NCBI GenBank assembly: GCA_905178155.1
Contig: CAJINV010000011.1
Coordinates: 1,077,982 to 1,141,981, forward strand
DNA from: Amoebophrya sp. A120
Taxonomy: Eukaryota; Protista; Dinoflagellata
Direction: 5' to 3'
DNA: 64,000 nt
This document shows, piece after piece, positions 10,662 through 23,406 of this stretch (positions are counted from its first letter, which is position 1; each line of letters begins with the position of its first letter). Position numbers and translations under genes: made by a program. The notes beneath the pieces were generated by a model, which worked only from the letters and a program-made list of their open reading frames with translations, did not search any database and was not told the DNA's origin.

Positions 10662-13600
10662 ATGTCGTACCCCTGGGTCGATGTTCCGATTGTGGACTTG
10701 GCGCCTTTCGTCCAGGATGATCCGAGCAAGTCCAACGAAGAGGCTACCCCGGATCAGCCATATTGGATGTCCTCCACCCCGACCGGCTTCGACGCCGCGG
10801 CACACACCACCCCTTCTGGCGCCTACGATTTCTACGCTTCCACCGCGTCGTACCTCTCCAGTTCCTCCAGCAGCTACCTGAGTTTTTCGCCGAAAAAGGA
10901 CCCGAAAAAGCAAGCCGTGTCCCGCGAAATTGCCGCGGCCAGCTCCAAGTACGGCAGTTTCTGGGTGGACGTATCGGCGTTTACCGAAGTGTGGAAGCAG
11001 CACGCACTGGCAGTGGCAGAAGCCGCGAAGAGTACTACCGACAGCAAGATGAAAACGAGGAGCAGTCCGAGCGTAGCTCTTGCAGAGCCTGTAATTGCTG
11101 GTGGTGGAACTTATGCAAAAGAGAAGACACGACGAGAACCAGAACTCGCTAGTACCGGCCAGCAGCGGGGAACCACGTCAAGTGGGACGAAGAACTTTTC
11201 TCCTCTCTCACGTGGAAGCAGCGTGATGTCCGCGTCTAGGGGAACGCGGCACTTTTCCTTTGACGGCCGCGACAGTATTCCCAACGAGGAACCCACACCC
11301 GACGTGTCGCCGGCCATGCCAAGCGCCACTGCGGTTGGAGCAGGAGGTGCTGTTACAGCGGCATCTTTTCCGCCAGCTGCTGCTGTTTTACCGACCACTT
11401 CATCATCGCCGCAGAAGAACACGACCGCAGCCACCACTTCCCCAATAAGTGCCGCAGCAACGCTATCCACAGACCCCTATTCTTTCTCTTTTCCCATACC
11501 CGCTAGCACGTTCTCCAGCGATTACTTCGCGACCGACCCCTTCGCGAGCGTGTTCGGAGACAGCACGGTGCCCCCGACCCCGGAGATTTTGGAGACGCCG
11601 GCACAGTCACCGGAGAAGGCCACGACAGGGGTAAGGACTGGAACTACGGATAGTACGTATTACTACACGACGGCGACCAGTGCCAGGAGCGAGGACGCAG
11701 CGGCAACATCTTCTACTGCTTTATTCACGACGAGTGGATCTTCGGCTTCGTCTGCTTCGACCACGACCAAGCAAGACAAGCAAAAAAGCGTAGCGTTGGG
11801 CAAGTCCACCATGGCGTTGAAATCTGCGACACCAGCTGACATTTCAGTTACGACTTCGAGTAACCATGTTGATCGCCACGATAATTCCCCCCCTCCGGAA
11901 CAAGGCTACCATCGCGACACGGTCCTCCAGGGTGTGAAGAATTTGTTCGAGACGGTTTCCCAGAAGGATAAGGAACTCAATGCCGCGTGGCACCAGCCGC
12001 AGCGGGGCTACATCCCCTTCGGCGCGGAGTCCGGATCCGCGGCGTTTTTCGAAAACAAGGAGGGCTTTGCCTATGGGTTCTCCGGCTGGAGCGATTTTTC
12101 TACTTCATCTGGTACCTCACAACTACCAACGGACAAGCAGATAAGCTCCGCTGCGTTAAACGACAAGAATTTGCCGCAAAACGACATGGAGGGCTACAAC
12201 GTGTGGGCGAAATCCCTCGACGGTGGAACGAAAAACTTACTCGAAAAACAGCTCTTCTCCCTCTTCGTCGCCGTTGGGGAGGCGCTCGTCCGCGCGTACA
12301 GTTTGCATTTGTACGAGGACGAAGCGTTACTCGCCGACAAGTGGAAGGGCGGCGAGACGATCTCCCTCGCGCGCGTGTTTCGGTATTTCGAAACCCCGAA
12401 TGGTGAGGAGATTCGGAAAAGGTCGAAATCCAGTATCGCGCACCAAAGCATGACGAGCCCGAGTCGGAAAATCGTGAGGAATAGTGGATCTTTTAGAAAC
12501 AGCCCGGCCAACAGCAGTTTTGACAGCAACTCGCCGAACGCAATGGACCGGCTGTCCGCCACCCAGCTACGGCAGCTGAACGACGAGTCGCAGCTGAAGT
12601 CGCTCGGGTCCAGCCCGCACACGGACTGGGGGCTCCTCACGTTGATCACCGCGGATGATGTTCCGGGGTTGCAATTGTGCCTAGACGGCGTGTACCACAC
12701 GGTGAAGCCGCGGTTTGACCAGAATCTGCTGTTCGTCAACTGTGGCGACTTCATGTCCTTGCTCTCCTGTGGAAAATTTCTCTCCCCCATACACCGGGTT
12801 CTGTCGCCCGGGAGCTTCGAAGTTGACGGTGGCCATGTTGGTTCTCCAGCGATGTCCTCGCGGCAGAGCGGGAGCCCGAAGTCGCAAATAGACAATTTCT
12901 ACAGCAAGCGGAGAAGCAAGGAAGTCCGGGACGTCGACGATGCCGTGGCGGCTGCAACTTCTTCCGCACCAGCGTCGCCAAGTGCAGCAGACGCGTTGAG
13001 GGGTCCGGCGGGCGGGGGCGACAAGAATAAAGACGGGAGTCAAGAAAGTGCCTTGTTTCCCGCCGAGTCAAGTGCCGCTGGTGGAGACCACTGCAGCGCA
13101 GCCTCTTCGTCACGAAGGCCTTCGGAGACGGAAACAGACACGTCCAAATCGGTGAATCCGGACATGTTGTTGAGTGCCGCGGTAGGCGCAATGGAGCAGC
13201 TGCACCAGCAGACAGAGCAGAGTGCAAACACGGATCCGGAGGAGAGCGGTACTAGCGCGAGTAGTGCCACAGCCACTGATAAGAACAAGAAGACAACAAG
13301 TGCTTCTGTAGCTGACGGCAACAAGGAGCAAGACAGCGACACAGTCATCAAGCAACAAGTGGACGATGACGAACCAGGAGTACAACAACAATCTGGGTCA
13401 ACATCGGCACTTGCTGTATCCTTACCAGTCGACGCCAGAACATCAAACGCCTGTTCGCCGCCGTCTAGCAGCACTCGGACGCCGGACCTGCAGCCGGAGG
13501 AAGCTGAAACAGCAGCTCATGACGAGAAGAATAGTGCTATCACCCTCGTCGTTCAGACCAATGCAGCATCGCAAATTGACGTAACGTCCGGCGAGGAGGA

Positions 13601-14573
13601 ACAAGGAGACGCAATAAAGTCAAAAGACGGGGGCAATGGCTCTGCTACAGAGCCGGATCAGGAACAACCGCCACAGGATCCACCTCAAACTGGAGCTACT
13701 GCATTGGATAAAGTAAACTCATCCCCGAGGAGCCCGTCGAGGACCATGTCGGGTTCCCTTGCCGTCCCTGGGGGCGATTCCAGCGACGTTGCCGGGGAGC
13801 CAGAGGACCAGCGGGCGCCAAGGGATTTCTTCTTGGACAAGACCAAATTTGACGCACGAGGATCACCTGGTGGTGATGCTGAAAAGCAAGCCGACGTTGT
13901 CAAGAGCACACGACCAGCGCGGGGCAACGGTAAAGAGGAAGAACAACAATTTGAAACCGCATTTGAAAATCCTGAGAGCACACAAACCCAACCAGCAACA
14001 GAACCGCCGGGCTCGCCATTCTACGCACCCACGCCCTTTCAAGAAAACGCCCGGTCGCTGGAAACGATGGCGCCGGCTTTGCCGCAAGTTTTAGAGGACG
14101 CCGGGTTCTTGAAGATAGCAGGAGGGAATATTAGAACGGACAAATCCAGAAGTACCGACGTCGTGGCAGCACCAGATCGTCATGACCTGCTGACCGCTGG
14201 AGGTGCACCAGAGAAGAACGAGAAGAAGACTTCTGATGTTTCCGCGGAGACGAAGAAGAAGCTGCAGGATTTGTTCCAGCAGGAGCAGCGGCAGGAACAA
14301 GTGTCAATGACCAATGCGCGAACGAATTCAACAAATTCTGTGAACAACCGTTACTCCGTCGTTTTCTTTTACTACCCGAACTACGATGCCAAAATTCCGC
14401 CGCCGCCAAAGTCCCAAGGGCGACAGGTCTACTCGGTGTTCACGGACCAGAGTGGGCGCGGGGAGCAGTATCAGAACCTGGTCGCGAGTATTGGCAGCTT
14501 TGCAGAAATTCACAACTTGTCCTTCGGCAGCTGGATCAAGAAAAAGTGGGAGTCGGTTAGTCGGAAGAAGTAG
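10662..14573 (+). CDS. 2-oxoglutarate/Fe(II)-dependent dioxygenase (IPNS/DIOX_N family) with very large low-complexity insertions
   Basis: N-terminal VPIVDLAPF; HxD motif PHTDWGLLTL; VNCGDFM..SPIHRV; distal RYSVVFFYYP. Confidence 0.85.
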   Translation: MSYPWVDVPIVDLAPFVQDDPSKSNEEATPDQPYWMSSTPTGFDAAAHTTPSGAYDFYASTASYLSSSSSSYLSFSPKKDPKKQAVSREIAAASSKYGSFWVDVSAFTEVWKQHALAVAEAAKSTTDSKMKTRSSPSVALAEPVIAGGGTYAKEKTRREPELASTGQQRGTTSSGTKNFSPLSRGSSVMSASRGTRHFSFDGRDSIPNEEPTPDVSPAMPSATAVGAGGAVTAASFPPAAAVLPTTSSSPQKNTTAATTSPISAAATLSTDPYSFSFPIPASTFSSDYFATDPFASVFGDSTVPPTPEILETPAQSPEKATTGVRTGTTDSTYYYTTATSARSEDAAATSSTALFTTSGSSASSASTTTKQDKQKSVALGKSTMALKSATPADISVTTSSNHVDRHDNSPPPEQGYHRDTVLQGVKNLFETVSQKDKELNAAWHQPQRGYIPFGAESGSAAFFENKEGFAYGFSGWSDFSTSSGTSQLPTDKQISSAALNDKNLPQNDMEGYNVWAKSLDGGTKNLLEKQLFSLFVAVGEALVRAYSLHLYEDEALLADKWKGGETISLARVFRYFETPNGEEIRKRSKSSIAHQSMTSPSRKIVRNSGSFRNSPANSSFDSNSPNAMDRLSATQLRQLNDESQLKSLGSSPHTDWGLLTLITADDVPGLQLCLDGVYHTVKPRFDQNLLFVNCGDFMSLLSCGKFLSPIHRVLSPGSFEVDGGHVGSPAMSSRQSGSPKSQIDNFYSKRRSKEVRDVDDAVAAATSSAPASPSAADALRGPAGGGDKNKDGSQESALFPAESSAAGGDHCSAASSSRRPSETETDTSKSVNPDMLLSAAVGAMEQLHQQTEQSANTDPEESGTSASSATATDKNKKTTSASVADGNKEQDSDTVIKQQVDDDEPGVQQQSGSTSALAVSLPVDARTSNACSPPSSSTRTPDLQPEEAETAAHDEKNSAITLVVQTNAASQIDVTSGEEEQGDAIKSKDGGNGSATEPDQEQPPQDPPQTGATALDKVNSSPRSPSRTMSGSLAVPGGDSSDVAGEPEDQRAPRDFFLDKTKFDARGSPGGDAEKQADVVKSTRPARGNGKEEEQQFETAFENPESTQTQPATEPPGSPFYAPTPFQENARSLETMAPALPQVLEDAGFLKIAGGNIRTDKSRSTDVVAAPDRHDLLTAGGAPEKNEKKTSDVSAETKKKLQDLFQQEQRQEQVSMTNARTNSTNSVNNRYSVVFFYYPNYDAKIPPPPKSQGRQVYSVFTDQSGRGEQYQNLVASIGSFAEIHNLSFGSWIKKKWESVSRKK

Positions 14574-15514
14574 AATTCGCCTCGTCTGGTCGAGTTGGAG
14601 CAACCTAGCGTGGGAGAAATACATGGAGGCAGAAATATCCGATCCTCCCACCTCACCCTCACGCAAGAATTATTTCGACCGTATTTGGCTTACGATGGCC
14701 ACGTACCATTGCTTTTCATGTTGTGTAAAAAAGACGAACCACTACAACGAACAGACACACCTCTGTGTGTGCCGCTCTCTTGCTTTCATTTAGCTTTTTT
14801 GTGACGCAATGCAAAGGCCGCAAATTATACCTCATCCGATGCGGCAAAGCATCAAAGGAAATTCTGACCTTCTACTGCATGTTCAACGTACTTTTTCGCG
14901 CGTCGGTCTTCTGCTCGTTCAACCCGAATGCTAATGCGGAAAAAATCACTCGTCCGGTGTTAGTGCTACACATTCACATTGATTTTTCGGTTCTCGTACG
15001 ACAAAGAAGCTCTTCGGCTTGTGACTACATGCGACTTTTGCTATCGGTTGAGAACAAGCTCGTATTCATCTCCAGTCACTCGGTCGTAAGTGCCGCGCTA
15101 GCGCCTATTTGCCTGTCGTTCAATTTCGTTCAAATCTGCTTCTGGCGAAAGCCATTTCAACATCCTTCTCGGTCCCGTCCAAAAGCAACGCAAATGTCTT
15201 GTCGTACGCAAGAAGTGATGAACAGACCGCACGGCTGCACACCGCGGCAATAATAATTAGCGCAAAGGTAATTGAAGTACAGTGTCTTCGTCTTTCAAAA
15301 CATCTCAGGTCGATCGTGCAGACGGAACCCGTTTGTTCGTCGTTTTCATCTTCACACCAGTGGTTTACACCGTACCAACAGCTTCACAACTTTTGAATCG
15401 CATCCAACTTCAGTTTGAAAAAGAACTCGCGAGTAACTCAGCAGAAGAAAAATCTTCAGCCTCACTTAAACGTAAAACTTGTCTCTCGAAGAAACTGACA
15501 CCGAAAACAAGACC

Positions 15515-16647
15515 ATGAGCAAGCCACGAACGCCCGTCCGTCGGGTGCCGGACACCCCGGACGAGGACCATGACTCGCTTCCGCACGACTTGCCGTCTTC
15601 CCGCCTGCGGTTGATGTACCAAAACTTGCCGGATTTGATCAACACGGTCGAAGAACTGCAGCGCGAGAACATGCGCATCCGCTTCAAAGCCGTCGGTCAG
15701 CTGGACAACCTGTGCAAGTCCTGGTTTATCTCCGCCGACAACCACACCCTGAAAACCGTGTTCGAGGGGTGGAAGGACATGTGGCACAAGCGGCTGGAGT
15801 TGAAAGCGGTCGAGGAGGCCATCACGCACACGGAGCGCATGGCCGTGGAGAAGGAGAACGCGAGCCTGGAGGACCAGCAGACCTACCACGACCGGATTCT
15901 GGAGGAGTACATGAACTCCCACAAGGCGGAAATCGCCGCCATGATGGACGCGCACAAGAACGACAAGGAGGGCTTTGCCGCCGAACTGGAGGAGAAGCTG
16001 AGGAAGGAGCACAAGGAATTTATGCAATACAAAGTTTCCGTACACCGCACAAAATGCATCACAAGTTTTGCCAACTGAGAGCACTATGCCACTTGTCATG
16101 CGGAGTAGGCTTGTAGAATTGGTCTGTCATGCTCATGGAGAAACTGCATTGGATGTGCTGTGCGTCGTGTACGGGAAGTTTCCTTTTGATAGAACTGTTG
16201 AAGATGCACTTTGACAGCCACGTGGAGACGCTCGCGTTCGAGAAGCGACAGCACGAGCAGGAACTCGCGCAGGCCAAGCGAATGCACGACTCGGGCGAGG
16301 ATGAGATGATCGCCCGGCACAAGCAGAAGGAGAAAATCCTGACGAACCTGAAGAACGAAGTCAACATGGTGAACAAGAAGCTCGGACGGGTGATGGGCAA
16401 AGTCGAGTCGATGGAAGCCAGTTTGGCCAGTGTGCAGCAGGCGGTCCACGGCTTCGACCACGACGTGCCGGCCGGCGGAAAGTCCGTGGCGGCCCAGCTC
16501 GGCGTGGAGGACTTGCTGCCGCCTGGTGCTGGGATGGGCGGTGAGGGCGATGACGAGAAGGAGTACATCACGGAGGCACTGCACGAGATTTTGGGGCAAG
16601 TGGATCCCAAATACATGAGCCGATCGAAAATCGCGGGAACGAAGTAA
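15515..16647 (+). CDS. Coiled-coil hypothetical protein with one non-canonical intron (~16019-16194)
   Basis: ORFs 15479.. and 16129.. join at a GAA repeat (EHKE|LLKMH); GC3-rich codons. Confidence 0.75.
16019..16194. mobile_element. TIR introner, 176 nt
   Basis: Imperfect TIR AAAGTTTCCGTACAC/GTGTACGGGAAGTTT; two TGTCATGC motifs; removal restores the frame. Confidence 0.7.
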
Positions 16648-18216
16648 GGAAGCCAGGTTGAGACGACTAAATCGGAGGTGGTACCGACGTACTGGAACTT
16701 TTTTTTTTCTAGTATCCAAGTAGTAGTTTCTTGTTCACATTTGATTACACACAGATTATACACACCAAATGGCTCTCATGATTTCTTTTCCCGCTGGGAG
16801 CTCTCTGAATTTTGTTTTTTAGGTTTGATCATACGCATACGCAGGTAGGATTTTTCAGTACCTACTTCCCATTTTTTTACATTACATTCGTTGGCATTCA
16901 CAATCTCTGTTTTTCAGTTTACATGACAAGGTTACACAGTCCTTTGAAAATTAGCGCATTATTCCTGCAGTCCCCCATTTATTGTCTGTCGAAGCTGCGA
17001 GCACGCACTCTGCCTTTTGTAAACACACAAGTGGTGGTTTTTGTTTCAGCTCAGACGTAGTCGGAAGTTGATGTTTCTGGGCAGAGCCGAGCCGTCGCCG
17101 TGTCGAATCAAAGGCGAATGAAGGACATTTTTTTACTGCTTCGCACTTTAAGTAAGTACTCAGCTCTACTCGTCCCAAACGAGTGGCGTTTTTTCCCCCT
17201 TTTTCGCAATTTTGAAAGATAAAAAAGATTTAGATTCAACGGAAGCAGCCAGCAGCAGATTTTACGAGACGACAGCTTAAGATTCACTTGCCCTGTGGTT
17301 TTTGCATGAATCTAAAGGCTGAAGAGAAAATGAAATGCGACGACTGCTTTCATCGCACGGAAATTATGCCATTTCTCGTCGCATGGCATGACTAGTCAAA
17401 TTCTGGCCTAAGTAAATTCTAAATTCTTTTGCGATCTCGACCCCTGAAAAATAAACAGCTCTGTACAGGTGCGACCTTGATGTCGAACCAAAACGCCTCT
17501 GCGCCACGTGTCGTCAAAGTATGCGTTCTCCGTGAAGAAATTTGAAATTGATATCGTGAGAATGCCTATGTGTACTACGGATAACACAAAACTGATCTAG
17601 TGACTTCAACTCGGTTTCTTCATCTTCTTGCTGTGCTTACGCGTCGGTAAATGCCGTTCTGAAATGAAAATCCAACCGATCGTGTAAGTCAAATAGAAAT
17701 GTACCATTTCGCTGAGCTCCCAATAGTCTGACGTGCCCGCGAATCTGCATGTGACAATGCTACCAAGAAGGATCTCCAAAATGAAAATGTGCAATTCGCG
17801 AACAAGAAGAATGCGATCAAGATCCTTGCGCAAAATTCTAGAGCTCCGCACCAACGCATCTCGAGGCACATCATCGGATGATTGCAATGTTCCCCCGAAA
17901 TGTTGTTCTAAATCGCTGAAGTAAAAGCCTTTACACCGCACCGGGATCTAAAATGCTGAAATGAAACCCGGATTTTAGCTCGAGATCACGTGCCCATGCC
18001 ACAATGAAAGCAGATCGGTCGAAAATGGATCCGTTCTAAATATTTGTCCAACACCATCAATCACAATCTAACTTTAGTTGGACCACTGCCACCTCCACCA
18101 CACAACACGAATTAACATTCACTTCTCCCCCACCAAACCTCCAGGGACCACGAGTATTTTAAGGTTAGAAAACCTTTTTAGTTTCCACAACTAAAGCCTC
18201 CCACAACACAGACAAG

Positions 18217-19056
18217 ATGCCGAAGTCCTACCGCAACTCCAACTCGAACTTCCGTAAGCCGAAGCGCCCGTTCGAGAAGGAACGCCTGGAATCCGAGATG
18301 AAGATCGTCGGTCAGTACGGTCTCAAGAACAAGCGTGAGGTAAGAAGAGGAGAGATTTTTGTTCAGTTTTTTCTTTTTGGTTGTGCCCATGGTAGAGACT
18401 TCGACTTGCACTCATGGTCGCACTTCTTTGTGTACAGTTCCATCTGGTCATCGGTCACGTACTCGAATTAGATTTAGAGTGATCCATTGGTTCTAGCAGA
18501 TCGTTCTCACGTTACAGTCTAGGTCTACCTTCGACGTGTCTCACGTGAAGAACAAATGCCTCCTTTCAATGAATCCCACTCATGAAACGTCAAATCCAAA
18601 ATCCTAAACTCCCAACAGGTGTGGCGTGTGCAGTACGCTTTGACCAAGATCCGCTCGGCCGCCCGTGCCCTGCTGACCTTGGAAGAGAAGGACGAGCGCC
18701 GTATTTTCGAGGGTGAAGCCCTCCTGCGTCGCATGGCCCGCCTGGGTTTGTTGAATGAGTCCGAGCGCAAGTTGGATTACGTGCTGGGTTTGACCCTGTC
18801 CAAGTTCATGGAACGCCGCCTGCAGACCAAGGTCTTCAAGCTCCAGATTGCCCGCTCCATGCACCACGCCCGCGTCCTGATCCGTCAGCGCCACATCCGC
18901 GTCGGCAAGCAGATCTGCAACGTGCCGTCCTTCTTGGTCCGCGTCGACTCCGAGAAGCACATCGACTTCGCCATGACCTCTCCGTTCGGTCAGGGCCGCC
19001 CGGGTCGTGTCAAGAGGAAGAACAAGACCGGTGGCAATGACGAGGACGAGGACTAA
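18217..19056 (+). CDS. RPS9: 40S ribosomal protein S9 (uS4); canonical intron 18340-18618
   Basis: [25 protein letters not shown]|[28 protein letters not shown]; GTAAG..AACAG intron. Confidence 0.97.
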
Positions 19057-20197
19057 ATGTATTAGTCTTGTTCCGGGTTGCGTTGTTCTCAAGGGCAAAT
19101 GAAGATTAGGATTCATTCACACTCGTCGCAGTTGCGGGTACCACGGTTTCTCGCAAAAAACCACAGATTTCGATTGTACACAAAACGCGGAGAGTCATCA
19201 AGGTACAAATTTAGTCGAGTTTGGTTTCGTCGTAATAAAGAGGATTCTGTTGAGAGATAGAGGTCAATGATGCTGGCGGTGTAAGTGTATGTGTATGTGA
19301 GGGATATCCTGAAGCTCTTCCCAATTCCCAATTCAATATTGAACCTCAAAACAGGTCTTCGTATCCGAGGTTCTTGCTGACGCAGCGCAGGATGACCACC
19401 AGCGTGTGGAGGAAGAGATATTAAAAGTTTCTGTGTGACAGTTGTACATGTCTGTGATCGCAAACGAGTTTGATGAAAGAATCGGAAAGAACGAGTAAAA
19501 CACTGACTGGCATCTTGTAAAAGGGAGAAGGTTTTCTAACGATAAAAACAAAGGTGGCGCAGAGCAAAGGCTCTTGAGCTGCAAAATACGCCTGTGAACA
19601 GGTGCAGTGAGTGTTCGCACGTGTCAACGTAGTTTGGTGGACCTTTAGTACTAATCGTAGCAGCCTTTCGGTACTTAGCTCGCATCATTCGGTCTGTCGC
19701 ATGGTGCATCAACATCAAGTGAGTACTTCGTGGTCTATCCACATAATGGATATCTAAAAAATTCAAACTCGTCATGCAAGGTCGTTTTCGTAATTGTAGT
19801 CGTACCCATATCCTGCTCTGGCCCTTTAGTAGCAACATTGCTATGCCAAAGTCCTTGGCCATGTTTTGAGATCTCGGTCGTCACGGGCTGGACGCGTTTT
19901 GGATACTTGTCGTTGGTAGTCGAAAATCTGTTTTGATTTCCACTTTTCATCACACTCGCACCGGAAAGCAGTGCACCGCATTCCAACTCTGTCGATGCGT
20001 CAGGCAGTTTTTTTTTGTGAAGTTTGCTGGACCTGGAGGTGGGGGATGTCTTGATTGCCTCACTGAGCCCTGTACGTAAGGGTGACGATATTGAAGTCGA
20101 TATCTTCGCTAATACGATACAAGACTTGGCTTGTACTAGGTCGAATAAATGTGGTGGATGTTGCGGCACAAAGCAGACGTCGATGTGCTGGTAGTGC

Positions 20198-22500
20198 TTG
20201 AGCAGAACATCAACACTGTCAGAGATGCAGCTTGCTGATCACGCAATGCCGTCTCCGCCCTCGTCGGGAGAGTGTGCGAGCATTTTGCAGCACAATCGAA
20301 GGCAAGCTGGTGCTTTTGTCCGTCGCAGTAGGCGAGACCGACGTTTGAGCGCGCTGACAAAATCGGTTGTGTTGGTTCTCACTGCGACAACGCAATGCCA
20401 TGTCGCCTCTTCGCACGAGAAACGGGAGGATCGTCAGAGGAAGGAAGACGCTCCCGGAGAGGATCGGGACTTCGTAGTGAGTGCAGATGCTGATCTGGAA
20501 GAAGAATTCACCGACGAGGCGATGAATGTTGCAGCTGCTGGAGCAGAAGTAGACGATGATAGGGTTGATGATGAGCACCAGGAGCGACAAGGTGCGGATT
20601 CATTTGACGTAGAAACCAACCTGACGAAGTTAGATAGCTGTCTCGCGAGCAATAGTCGTGTCGTCACCGTTTTTCTGAAGATTCTGACGCACAATTTCAA
20701 ATGGAAACAATAACAAACACAAAGTGCTTTGTTGCAGTTTTGATTCTGTGGTCGCGAAAAATCGAGATATACAACGTACAGGATCGTCGCCGGCGCCGTC
20801 CTTTCTCGATCTCCGCCCCCTGAATTTGAAGCGCTGGAAACCCAATCCACGGCGGTAGACCTGTGCCCTGTACACACCGCCGCAGGGAGCAGCGGCTGGT
20901 CAATATTGTACGCCAAATGGCAAACTCTGGGAGAAGAACGACGCCCTCGCGAGAGAATGCTGCGATTACAAAGACGGTACAAAGCCTCCTCTTGTGGTGT
21001 TACGCTCGGCTTGCGCAGGGGCTCCAACAATCATCATCTCGACTGCTACCGGCCACCTTAGAACTGCAATTTGAAATGAAAAATATGAATCTTCATGGAG
21101 CGACGACTATGAGAATGAATTAATCGCTTTTTGTAAGAGATGAGATGAACTACGAGAAGGATAAGCAGAAGAGTGTGGTACGATGAAGTGGAAGTGGAGT
21201 GGTACGATTCTGATCCTAAATATCACAGGTACATGGGGACGATGTGTGAACAATAAAAAAGTAACCAAGGGCAGTGAGAAGTGGGACGAGTGCAACGAGG
21301 CGTTCGGAGGCTTGGTCCCGGCGTTTTTCAAACCGGCGGCGTGGCGTTTCTGGGGGAAAAAGACAGAAGGTCCGACACCGAACGAAGCGGACACGCAGCA
21401 GTCATCCGCCCAGCGGCCGAACAAAGCGGACACGCAGCAGGCGCCCACTCCGACAAGAACGAAAAGGAAAAGAGCGAGGAAGCAGCGGTCATCCGCCCGG
21501 ACGACACCGGAAAAAACGGACACGTAAAAGTTATCTGCGCGGACACCGGAAAAAACGGACACGCAGGAGAAGTAATCTGTGCGGACACCGGAGAAAATGG
21601 ACGCGGCGCAGAAGTCATCCGCTCGGGCAACGGAAAAAACGGACGCGCAGCAGTAGTCATCTCGTCTCGGCGGACAACCATAAGCAAATGGCGGGACGCA
21701 GCGAAGCAAGTAATCCGCCATTCGCACTGCGTCCTCACCGTGACAGGTTCGTCCAGAGCCGTGATTCCGATTTGATGAATTTTGAAAGAAGATATAGGGA
21801 TTATCCTGTTGTGGGCTTGTTTTTGTAGTTTGAATTCGGAGAAGATGAACATTGATTTAATTCTACAGAGCAGAGTTACGGGAAAAACGAATTTCCTGGG
21901 TTGCACACGCGGCCCGGGATAGGTCGGGAGAGGGATCCATCGATAGGATCAAGCTGGAAATCGCAGAAAAGACGCCATGGGGGAAGATGGTCGCAGAAGA
22001 TCTCAACTTTTACAACGTGGAGCTAGATGATCTGACATTGCAAAAGCCGGTGGGGGCAGTGGTGCGTGAAATGTTGACAAGGCGCAGACCCTTCGCAACA
22101 GCAAAGCGCGCGCCACGAAGAAAGGGGCCAACGCCGGGAAAGAAGTCGCAAAAAACCCAAAAGGCACAGGAGGAACGCCGGCAGAGGCTAGAGCAGCAGC
22201 GAGCTGAGGCCGAGCAGGCTAGGCAGGAGATGGTAGAGATGTTGCACGGGAAAAAATGGAAAAGCTCAAGCAGCCGGCCAGGCGCATGGGAACTTGTCAG
22301 CGACCCGGAGGTGCTTTTTGAGGTCACCGAATTTTTCTTCTGCGAAAACTCCGGCAAGGAGGAGGCGCAAGTCGGGGGCGTCTGGTTCCAAAAAGAAAGT
22401 GATGGCACATACTATGTGCGCTGAAGGAAGCCTTACCCCCGAAGGGAAAAGCAACAAGGATAATAACACACGCACAGCCACGATTTTATCGACTTTTTGA
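20198..22500 (+). pseudogene. Fragmented coding-like region (degenerate gene or unresolved exons)
   Basis: Several short coding-like + strand ORFs (20198, 21183, 21987) interrupted by stops; no family recognised. Confidence 0.3.
21386..21680 (+). repeat. Degenerate 39-45-nt tandem repeat (~7 units)
   Basis: Recurrent CGGACACGCAG..GTCATCCGC..ACACCGGAAAA units. Confidence 0.8.
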
Positions 22501-23406
22501 TCGGACAAGTTTTCCTAAACCGACTTATCGACTTGTTCCCTGCCCCTGTCTATCGAGCTTTGAGGTAAGAGGCCACCGCCACCGCACCCGTAACTAACTA
22601 ACTAACTAAAGCGTAGAACTGAACTGAACTGAACTCTACAGAGCAGATGAACGCCAGGTCGAAGAACGAGAAACCTGAATTTACCATGCGTGTGATGCAC
22701 ACAGAACATAATTGACATTGTTTGTGGCCGAATTGTAAAACCCGCGTTATCTGAATGTCGGCGCTTTTGGAAGCCACTGGATCAGAATCACTCTAGCTTT
22801 TTTTGTACGTTTTCGTCTGTGTTGTATGCGCCTGACAACATGTGCCTCCATATATCGGTTCTGCTGTGTCGCGTTTGGTATTGAAGATATTGTCTGGTGC
22901 AAAACTACCAGTTCTCATGGTTGAGGTGATCTTCATGTTCTGAGGGCGCGTACCCGCACACGCATTCAGCGTATCGCCATGAGGTCAAAATTGAAACCAA
23001 TCAGAAGAAGATCATCCTCGGTCAGCTTGGACATGAAAATAAAATCATTGGTCCAAGAAATTTGTGTTCACAGTAATTGAATAGAACATTCTGGCGCAAT
23101 GGAAAAGATGGATCCGAATGTACCAGAAGATCTAGCTCATGGATCATCACATCACGTTGCCCGACGCGGATGTGGAAGCCCTCAAGCTGTCCGTGATAAT
23201 CTGTGTCGTTCTTGCCAACATCCAGGTCCCACTACGCATTCATTCGAATCGTCGGCCTTTATGGAATACTTCAGATTTTGACACTTCCCCGCCCCACGTC
23301 GGTGCCTATTTTGAATGATAATTCTTGATCTCACATGGACACGGGCCTGGCGCCAGCACGATATTAAAATTCGTAGTTGTAAACTCGCGAATCTGAATTC
23401 GCTGTC

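Noticed and set aside
12799-14341. TTCTGT repeat as borders of a giant intron in the oxygenase
   Set aside because: The two copies are out of frame with each other, there is no TIR, and the interior is an open, coding-like frame.
22591-22635. (TAAC)n and (GAACT)n short repeats as a LINE tail or telomere
   Set aside because: No RT/endonuclease ORF or target duplication nearby; treated as simple microsatellites.
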